A stretch of 64,000 bases of DNA, from the NCBI GenBank assembly GCA_045837725.1, contig JBEWZL010000232.1, forward strand, positions 62,001-126,000, read 5' to 3'. The position numbers and the translations under genes were made by a program. The DNA is from Vermamoeba vermiformis (lineage: Eukaryota). The first letter of the stretch is position 1; each line of letters starts with the position of its first letter. Below the pieces are notes generated by a model. It had not been told where the DNA came from, did no database searches, and saw only the letters and a list, made by a program, of their open reading frames with translations. Positions 55,181 through 64,000 of this stretch are shown here, in pieces.

Positions 55181-57260
55181 TCATTTGCTTTTTGGTTTTA
55201 ACTTCTTTCTTGGATGTTCCTCCGACTCTTGCTCAGGTTCACCTTCATCATCCCTCTTGCGCTTTGTTCCCTGTTATTTATCATTAGCGAAACTGCAAGA
55301 AAAGCAATGGTGTCACCTTTTTGGGGGCCTTTTGGCTCTTATTGGACTTTTTTGCAGCTTTCTTTTCAAGCAATTTTTCCTCTTCCTTCTTCTCAGAAGC
55401 TTCCTCATTGGTGCTCTTTTTCATCTTGGACATTTCCTTCTTCCCAAACTTATGTGCCTTCAGGGCTTCTGACAGAGGGGTCAGTGACTTGTGATCTGCC
55501 CTGATTAGTTGTCCATTGAGAGTGTTTGCATACAAAGTGCCATTGCTAATGCGTTCTGCAATAAATTCTGCAAATATGTGCATCTCCAGCACAGGCATGG
55601 ACAGATAACCTTTTTCACTGTCTGGTACTGGAGTGAATGCAACTATACCCTCTTTGATGAATTTCTTGATGTGTATGTCTTTGTCTGCCTACAAGCATGC
55701 TGAATAAGAGAACTAAATGCACTAGCAGTTGTAGCACTTACTCCAGGGCCCTTAAATACATCCTTGTAAGCAACAGCAGTTTGAGTAATACATGCTGCAA
55801 TGAGACAGTTGTAAGCCTCCACTTTCCTCTTTGCATCGGTTACTCTGGCAGGGTATTTGAAGGAGAACAATTGCTTGACTTGTGATAACAAGGCTTCTGT
55901 GTTGTGTTTTGTGTCATCTGAGCTCAGTGCATGTGCTGCAAACTCAATCATTCTGGTATTGCCTCCTATGGTAAATCAGTATCACATAACCTCTTTGTTA
56001 GGTTAACTTACCAAGCCATGGCAAAGCTTCTTTGACATAGGGGGTGCACACAATCTTTGCAGCATTCATTTTGCAGATTTCATTCAAAGCTTGCTCAAGC
56101 ATCAGGCTACTAGCTTTATCTGTCAAATGTTGAACATGAACCACATTAATTGGGCCACTGCTTAATTCAAGTAACTTTGGTTCTTCTAAAATCTCCTCTG
56201 CTAAAAATGCAGCTGCAATCCCACTGACAACAAGCTGAATCCTGACATTCTGGTGTGTATCACAAAGTTGTTGGATTGCATATTTAAGTTCAATATAGCC
56301 CTTGCCAATGTTTTGAATCTCATCAAGATAGAGAACCAGCTTGAATGGTTTTTTCCTAGTGAACTGCAAATTGTTAGTGAAGTTAGCACAAGCAATTGGA
56401 CAATACCTTTTTAAGGTCATCTGGAAGAATAAGTTCAAGAGTGTGCAGTATAGTGAGTTCTGAGTCTTTTGGATAGGAGATGTTGAGTCGTTCAAGGAGT
56501 TGCCTTGCAATGCTTGATGTAGGTACAACAGTTAAATCAACAATCTTGTCAGCTTTTTCTATTTTCATTTGAGCTTGAACTCCTTGAGGGTGGCTGGTTG
56601 TCTCAGCAGATACCAACTCCAAGTAGCGCAAGCAGAGCCTTGTTTTGCCAATACCACAAGGACCACTGATGACTAGTGTTGGTGGACGACTGCCATCTGG
56701 TGCACCAGCAAAAGTGTAGTTAGAGACCTTAATCATTTCTGTAAGCTCTGGTCTATCAACCCAAGTTTGCAGTGTTGTTGCAACACGTCTAGAGGCTGTT
56801 GGACCAGGAAGGGAATGTCTACGTAGAGTTTCGCTAGGCTTGTGTGAATCTTGCGAGCCACCAAACGAGGCTCGCGTTGCTGGTCTGGAGAGGAACTGTT
56901 GTTCTTTGTCCCTGTCTAAAAATAAGCTTTAGAAACGAACGAAAAGTAACTTTTGTGATATCTTATCCCATTGTGGTAGACATTGATACCTGGTTCCGGA
57001 GCGAGAGACTTCTTTAGGAGGTCGATCTCAGCCCACAAAATACTCGCTGTACCATGTGGCAAACTCATTGCTAAGGTATCAATGCTTTTGATTGAGAATA
57101 GCGCCTGGCCGGTATATTTCTGCTTTTGCAAAACTGCCACGTCGTCTGCGTCAAGGCGCAATACTTTTCGTGCCCAAGCCGCCACTTCTTCAAGTGTCCA
57201 AGCAGGGTTAAGCGTTGGTTTGGTCGTCTTATTCGAGTTGTCTGTTCTCAATTTAGTCAT
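55181..57260 (-). CDS. SAM domain + P-loop NTPase (STAND/AAA-like, Crinkler-type architecture) with basic NLS-like tail
   Basis: WTLEEVAAWA..LQKQKYTGQAL..LPHGTASILWAEIDLLK (SAM); WVDRPEL; Walker A SGPCGIGKT; Walker B LVLYLDEIQ; GGNTRMIE; tail KRKR..PRKKLKPKSK*. Five short introns keep frame. Confidence 0.75.
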
Positions 57261-57825
57261 TAGTTAAGACGTCTTATTGCATGCGTTTTTGGTGCGAAGA
57301 TTCGGATCACTTTGATTCAATCAAATTTTGGGCTACCTTTTGCTGTTAGAAAACTCATTTATCGCGAAATAAGGTTACATTTTAGTTCGGATGAAGTCAA
57401 ACAAAGTACCAAAAAAACTGATTCCGAATCTTCGTCGCCGTAAATCCGCAAATTTAACTATCTTGGGTATATAAAAAACAGCTATTAAGTGTAGAACCTA
57501 TTGTAAATATTGAAAATTAATTTGCAATTAATTTGCCTTGATCGAATTTCATTTTCAATATTGCGAATTGATCATCATTGTAGTTATTTTGTTTATTAGG
57601 TAATTGGCGGCGCCATAATTAATTTCTGCTTATTTTTGGCAGCAATTAGGCCAATTTGTTAAAATAAATATTGTAATTTTACCTCGGGTCTCCATAAGCT
57701 GTTTAGTAATCAGACGATTTAAATGCAAGTAAACAATTGGAATCGATGACGTGGACAGATGAGCAAATCAAAACTTTGAATGGATTTTATGAGCCTTGAC
57801 TTTTTGGCGGTACCAGAAAGAACGC

Positions 57826-58006
57826 AATTGGCGGTAAACAGAACTTGATTGCGAAAACTCAAGAGCAAGAGCGCGTTAAGCACATTAACACTAGTGTAAC
57901 TGATGCACAGCTCAAGCAGTTGATCACCGACTGTTGTGCGACAGATCTGACTAAACGACCAGAGATCGGCGAGTGTTTAGCCAGGTTGGAGAAAATGATC
58001 AAGTAA
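57826..58006 (+). pseudogene. Divergent orphan kinase C-terminal fragment (subdomain XI)
   Basis: QLKQLITDCCATDLTKRPEIGECLARLEKMIK* resembles the array kinase ends; no upstream kinase exons visible. Confidence 0.6.
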
Positions 58007-58101
58007 TCGTTTGAAACTTTAATTTTAATGGTACAAATATCTACAAAAGATCAAAACTGTCAAATAAATAACATTCAGAGCACGGACAAGATCGCACCAG
58101 C

Positions 58102-61100
58102 TTATTTGTGCTTGCTCTTCTCTTTCTTCTTGTCCTTGTCCTTCTTGTCCTTGCTGTCCTTCAACATGGTCGTGTCAACATAGCCGGGCTGAGCACCAGA
58201 AGCATTGCCGCCCTTGATGCTGCTCGTGTCCACGTAACTGCCGTTCTTGCTCACCGCACTTGTGTCCACATAGCTGCTGTTCTTATTTGACAAGTTGTTC
58301 GTGTCTACGTAGCTCGCGTTGTTTGTGGTAGGACTGTTCGCAGGACTGCCACGGGAACCACGTGACAAGTTGGACAAGTCGACGTAGCTGCCGTTCTGGC
58401 TTGCGGGACCTGAGCCAGGAGCAGGTGACGAGGACCTGTCGTTCAATGACTTGGTGTCGATGTAACTGCCTCCGCTGGAAGGAGGGCCTTGTGACAGGGG
58501 TCTGCTCAACACCGATGTGTTCACGTAGGCACCGCCAGAACCACCGCGTTCTGTGGAGAAACCAAGCGGCGAGACGTTGCCCAAGTTATCTGAATTGCGG
58601 CGCGTCACTTTGTCTTCAGCAATAAGCGCTGTAGTTCTGCTGCCAGGAGCGGTCATGTTCATTGAAGTAGGCGGTGTGCCGCTCGTTTTGTTGGACAAGT
58701 TGCGCGTGTCAATGTACGTGCCACCATTGTTTGAAGGGCTAGGATTTGAGGTCGTGATACTCGGTGGCAATGTCGCGTAGTTAGACTGCACGGTAGATCT
58801 GTTGCTCGTGTTGCTCAAATTACCCACGGGCTTGTTAGTGCCATTCGTCATGTTTGAGGCAGGACGATTCAACAATGCAGTGTCAATGTAACCGCCTTGC
58901 GTGTTGTTAGTCAAGTTGTTTGACGAGCCAGTAGGTGGCAGACTGGCATAGTTAGACGGTGCAGTGGATCTGTTGCTCGTGTTTGTCAAGTGGCCGAGTG
59001 GCTTGTTCGTGCTATTGTCAGAGGATGCATCAGCTGAAGGCGGCAAGACACCGTACTGCGAAGGAGAGTGCGTGGGGTTGGTCTTGTTAGTCATCATCGG
59101 ATTGGCAGGCATTCCGTGACCTGAGCGGGGAGTGCTTGAGGCCGAAGAGCTGTCAGTCTTGTTCGACAAGTTGTTGCTGTTTTGTTCGGGCAACACTCCG
59201 TACTGCGACGGCGTGTGCGTCCTGTTGGTGTTGAGACCAGGGCTACTTGTTACATTCGAAGACATTCGACGCATTGGGCTATCATCACGAGGTGTGGTCG
59301 GAGGCAAAACACCGTACTGTGATGGCGAGTTGGTCGTGTTAGTTCTGTTGGTACCATTGCCCAACATCGGACTGCCACTAGCGCCAGTAGAACCTGATCG
59401 CGGTGTGCGTGAACCAGCAGAACTGTCACTTTCCTTTCGGCGCGGTGAAACAACATTGGGATCGGTAGGAGGCAAGACACCGTACTGCGAGGGAGTGTGC
59501 GCGTTGGTTCTGTTCGTGGTGTTGGTGGTCAATGGGTTGTTAGTCACCGTGTTGTTCGAGAGACCACTGTTAGTCCTGTTGTCGAGACTGCCGCTCACTG
59601 TCAGATTCGCACTTGAGTCACCAGTAGGAAGAACTCCGTACTGCGAAGGAGTATGTGCACGGCTGGTTGTGTTCGTGGTGTTGGTCAAATTGTTGCCAGA
59701 ATTAGTAACGTTTGGCAAACTGTTGCTCGAAGTGTTCATCGAAGAGGCCGAGTCACCAGTAGGCAACACACCATATTGAGCAGGGCCGCGACCAGCAGTG
59801 TTGGTACGATTGAGCGTGTTCGTTGAGTTGCCGCCAGTCAACGGGTTGTTGGTCACCGTGTTGTTTGACAATCCACTGTTGGTTCTGTTGTCAAGGCCAC
59901 CACTCACTGTCATATTTGAGCCTGAGTCACCCGACGGCAAAACACCGTACTGTGAAGGCGTGTGCTTGACAGTTCGGTTAGTGCCGTTCAAGTTCGAGCC
60001 AGACTGTGTCAAGTTGTTATCTGGCGTGGCTGGAGGAGCACCACCGCCACTCACGGTCAAGTTGGCACCTGAGTCACCAGTAGGAAGAACTCCGTACTGA
60101 GAAGGTGTGTGCCTGACAGTTTTGGTGTTGGTCATGTTGCCCGACTGGGTCAAATTGTTGTCCGAAGCACCAACAGTAGAGCCACCGCTCACAGTCATAT
60201 TGCCTGACTCGCCAACTGGCAACACACCGTACTGCGCAGGACCGCGTTGAGTTCTGTTAGTGCCATTGAGGCCTGTGCCTGACTGGGTAAGATTGCCAGA
60301 CATGCTGAGGCTGCCAGACTGCGTCATGTTGCTGTCAGACAAGCCACCGCTGACAGTCATATTCAGAGCGCTGTCACCAGTAGGCAACACACCATATTGA
60401 GATGGTCCACGGCTAATAGTGTTCGTTGCGTTGGTCATGTTGTTAGCGGGCACTGGGTCCTCTTCGCTGTCCGATTCCACATCAACACCGTCATCAATAA
60501 CAGGCAAGGCACTGGTCGGAGCACCGCCGTCAGTAGAAGGCAGAACTCCGTACTGCGAGGGATTGATGCGTGCTTCAGACAGGCGTTTAGTCACATTTGC
60601 CACTGGCGAGGTGGGTTCAAGAATGGAATAACGGGTGCCAGGGTCTTCGTCTTTTTGAGGCGATGCTGTGGTCACGTTCGTAGTATTGCCGCTGACAATA
60701 GGCGTGCTCACGGTCTGGTTGTTGTTCTGAGAGTTTTCACGGCGGTAACCATCACGTGCAGCTGCGACAAAATAGTTAGTAAACCTTGCATCAAGTATTA
60801 TTTTTTTGCATTAACTTACGAGTATTGAGGGGAATGACATCGTAGGGATTCATCTCGCCTTGCATGTCTTGCGGCACACCCAAGTTGTACTCAACGTTGT
60901 TGGCATTGACGTTGTTAAAGTTCACTGGAGGCTTACGCAAGTCCTTCGCGTCCACATAGCCTTCACCGCCATTGTTGGCAACGTTATTAGGTCCAACGTA
61001 TGATGTGCTTGGCGTGTCAGTTGATTGCTGGAGTCCATTCGCACTGACATCAATGTACCCGGGAGTTGTGGTGCCAGAACCCGAGTCACGTCTGCTGCTA

Positions 61101-63218
61101 CTGCCCGAGTTGATTGGCTGTTGAATGTGTGCTTTGCTGGATCTCTTGCTCATGCTGCCCGATCTCTTCTTGTCAGACTTGTCCTTGTCTTTGTTCTTCT
61201 TTTCTTTCTTGTCCTTAGACGAGGCGTGCTTCAACTTCTTCTTGTCCTTGCTCGTTGACTTTTCCAAATCATCGACGCTGCTCGACGACGGCAAGTCAGC
61301 GTAGTTAGTGCTGTCAGGTGTGCTTGACGAGGCCTGGCTTTGTGTGGCATTGCGAGTTGAGCCAGGTGAGGACATCGGGATTGAAATGTACGTGGTCGGT
61401 GTTTGCACGCGCTGGTTGTCCACTCTATTTTCGTATTTGGGCACCGTAATGAACGTGAGTGTCTCCAAGGGGAGCTTGAATTTATCCGAATTAGCATCGA
61501 CGACTTCTTGCAATGTCGAGTGAGAACGACCGTTGCAGATGTAGCCATTAGCGGTCGGTTGAATCAGCGTGTGTTGCAATTGACCGTCGGCGATGAAGCT
61601 GACAGTCAAGTAGCCTTTACGAGAGCTGAAACGGAACAAGAAAGTGCCTTCAGGCTTGGATTTGAGCAGATCTGCGGCCTCGTCGTTATTTACATCGCCG
61701 TGGAACCAGCTGCAAGTCAAGTTAATAATCTGCACGGAATATTATATATAAATCGATAGTACCTCTCTCGTGTAATGGTCGAGTTAAACGGATTCTTTAA
61801 AATGTAATTGTAGTGGCGGATCAATGATTCTAAATTGTTGAAAACTCTGTTGGATTCGCCCTGAGCATCATTTTCATTGATAGAGTAGCCATTAGGAGGG
61901 CAGAAATGGATCAAAGTATGATTAATGCGCCTAGTTCCATCGACAAAAGCCAACGCAAAAGAGCCCATTTGAGATCGACTGAATCTGATCAAATAAGTGC
62001 CTATCTGTTGAAGCTCTAACAATCGCTCTGCTTCTTCTGAAGTCAAAAATCCATGGAACCATCTGTTATATACAAAATTAGATTCTTAATCATTAAATTA
62101 AAGAGCCTTTAAGGTTTGATCTCGATCGAGATCAGGTAAAACTTATAAAGAAGATACGCACTTGTTATTGACGACATTGCGGAGCTATAATAAGACATAA
62201 TAGTATTAGTAAAGTTGAAATGATATAAGTCAACGCTGGATCTTACATTTTGAATGGAATCTTTGAATGGACCGAAGGCTTTCAAAAACTCGTTAAATTT
62301 CAATAGAGTGACTTCGCCTGTGCCCGAATTATCTATAATTATACGTTAATAATGCACCTAAAATATTACGACCATTGTGGCGTATGAGGCACCAGTATAA
62401 GCCGAGTAAAACCACATCCTCATAAGAAAATTGGAATTCTCATTGTTCCATAGTAGTATAATGATTTAAAAATATAACGTGATTGCATATTGAGTAAAAT
62501 GACCTTGTAACTTACCGAGTACATAACGAAGAGATAAAAGACCTTCCTCATCTATGTCAATTTTTCTTGCTAGAGCGGCTGTAAATTTATTCCATTCGAC
62601 CATAACACCCTAAAATGGCAATTAATGAGTATAAATGACCATATACAAATTATAAATAAAAAAAACAAATTAAAATAATTAATTGGTTGGGCATCCACAA
62701 AATTAATAGACACTAAAATCAGGTAGGCTTACCTCGTCTTCAAAATATTCTTCCCATAATTTACGGCCATCAATATCTTCTAGAATACTCGTGTAATTTC
62801 TTTTTTTCTTTGGCTTCACATCTTTGTCTTTTTTCTTCTTGGTCGCGTTTAATTGCTCTATTTTTGCTACCATGCCTCGTACTAATCCATAAAGGGCTGT
62901 ATTAAGGTGATCTAAATTTCGTCTAACACGAGTGGATTGCATATAGCGCTTTAACTTTTGCTCAGCGTGAATCTTGGTCAAGAAGGTATCATAATCGCCC
63001 AATACTTTGACTAGATCATCTACTGGATTTTTGCCGGTGTCTTCTATGATTCCTTTCACGTTTGAGGCCTGCAGCTCATTATCGATCCGCTCTATAACGT
63101 TTTTAATAGTGACCAGGAAATCCGCATCCACAATTGCTTTGTTTGTTTCAAGGATCTTTTCTATCTTCGTGGCATGCTCCTTGCATTTAGCCAGGTCCTT
63201 TTTTACTTTCGAAGACAT
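58102..63218 (-). CDS. Four-helix bundle (MLKL/Cbl-N-like) + EF-hand-like + tandem SH2 protein with a long tyrosine-motif tail
   Basis: GRKLWEEYF..VEWNKF..DNSGTGEVTLLKFNEFLKAFGPF (Cbl-TKB-like EF), WFHGFLTSEEAERLL..GTYLIRFS and WFHGDVNNDEAADLL..GTFLFRFS (two SH2). An in-frame splice at about 60761-60821 joins the 869-aa repeat exon. Confidence 0.85.
58170..60560 (-). repeat. Coding repeats: 11x P[SA]QYGVLP, 2x SNYA[ST]LP, 9x Y[IV][DN][TL]
   Basis: Counted directly in the 58102-60711 translation; spacers are N/S/T/G-rich. Confidence 0.9.
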
Positions 63219-63603
63219 GTTGTATTCATTACGGCTCGGCGTCAAAATAAATTGAATTTCAGTTGGCTCAAAAATAACCGCAACTCGTGAGCAGCTCACA
63301 CAACGTAGGTAAGACTATCAATATCATGAATATACAGAAGAGAATCGGGGGAGCAATATCCGCCCTTATTTAAATTGTTTTGATTTTTTAAACAACAAAT
63401 CAATAGATCGTGCACGTACACAACACTGCAAAATGGCCGTTTGCCTAGTTTAATAGCCCCCTAGTGTTTCATATCGAGCGAGACTTATTATTACTGAAGA
63501 AGCACCACGTGGTGCTGATTTGTGAACCTCAAACCTGCGAGATTATTGCAGAAAAAACACAACGCATTTTAATCGATTTGACACAAGCTTCAAACACAGC
63601 GCA

Positions 63604-63906
63604 ATGTCGACTATCAAGGAAAGTAAGACTCTCGGAGACGTCTTGTCCTCCAAGAAAAAAGAGAAGAAGGACAAGGATGAGAAGAAGGACAAAGAAAAGG
63701 AGAAGGACAAAAAGAAAGAAAAAAGAAAGAGTGAGATGCGCACTTCATCTTCCACTCGTGAGCTGTCCTCTTCCTCCAAGGTAGACCGCAGAAAGAGTGA
63801 AAAGAGAATGCCGGAAGTTAAAAGGAACGCTAATATGGATGACGACCGGGACGAAGTTAGCATGACTGAAGAAGAGTCTGTGATTAAGGGTCACGAGTTT
63901 GATAAG
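63604..63906 (+). CDS. First exon of a gene with a Lys/Asp/Glu-rich N-terminus (continues beyond window)
   Basis: MSTIKESKTLGDVLSSKKKEKKDKDEKK...GHEFDK followed by a GTTAGT donor; divergent from the SH2 gene. Confidence 0.6.
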
Positions 63907-64000
63907 GTTAGTTAATTTAACTAATTTTTTAGAATTAATTCGTTGCAATTTGAACGTAATTTTGAATCTGTATTTCGTTTCAATGCTAAACTCTTTATTT

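Noticed and set aside
56383-56736. Apparent frameshifts or pseudogenisation of the NTPase and ankyrin genes
   Set aside because: The frame changes checked are explained by short GT-AG introns, for example 56364-56406.
59132-60631. Plus-strand ORFs with repeated GxTPYC motifs; possible CRISPR-like array
   Set aside because: They are antisense to the QYGVLP coding repeats. The repeats vary at silent positions and have irregular spacing.

Overview
Intron-rich eukaryotic (protist) genomic DNA, not prokaryotic. Genes are split by short GT-AG introns, mostly 45-250 nt, with CTAAC-type branch points. SH2 signalling, tyrosine-kinase-like (TKL) kinase expansions and giant-virus-style ankyrin genes point to an amoebozoan (inference). 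Housekeeping genes: CLN3/battenin, polyubiquitin, 2-oxoglutarate dehydrogenase E1, tRNA-Ala(UGC), DNMT2, long-chain acyl-CoA synthetase, ARF and a PH-FERM protein. Four things stand out. (1) One spliced gene (18961-24097, minus) fuses five C2 domains to a Rab11-like GTPase ending in a CxC prenylation motif. (2) A recombining LRR-coiled coil-TKL kinase array (42.6-58 kb) in which one member has swapped its kinase for an intronless RhoGAP. (3) A SAM + P-loop NTPase gene inside that array, whose body is a sharply bounded CpG desert. (4) A four-helix-bundle/EF/SH2-SH2 protein with a long tail of more than 20 repeated tyrosine motifs, many matching the ITIM consensus. Also present: three tandem F-box-like/ankyrin genes, a bacterial-type DNRLRE surface protein, a RING-less RAWUL protein and a tandem pair of unknown paralogs. 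All gene models were spliced by eye and no database searches were run.
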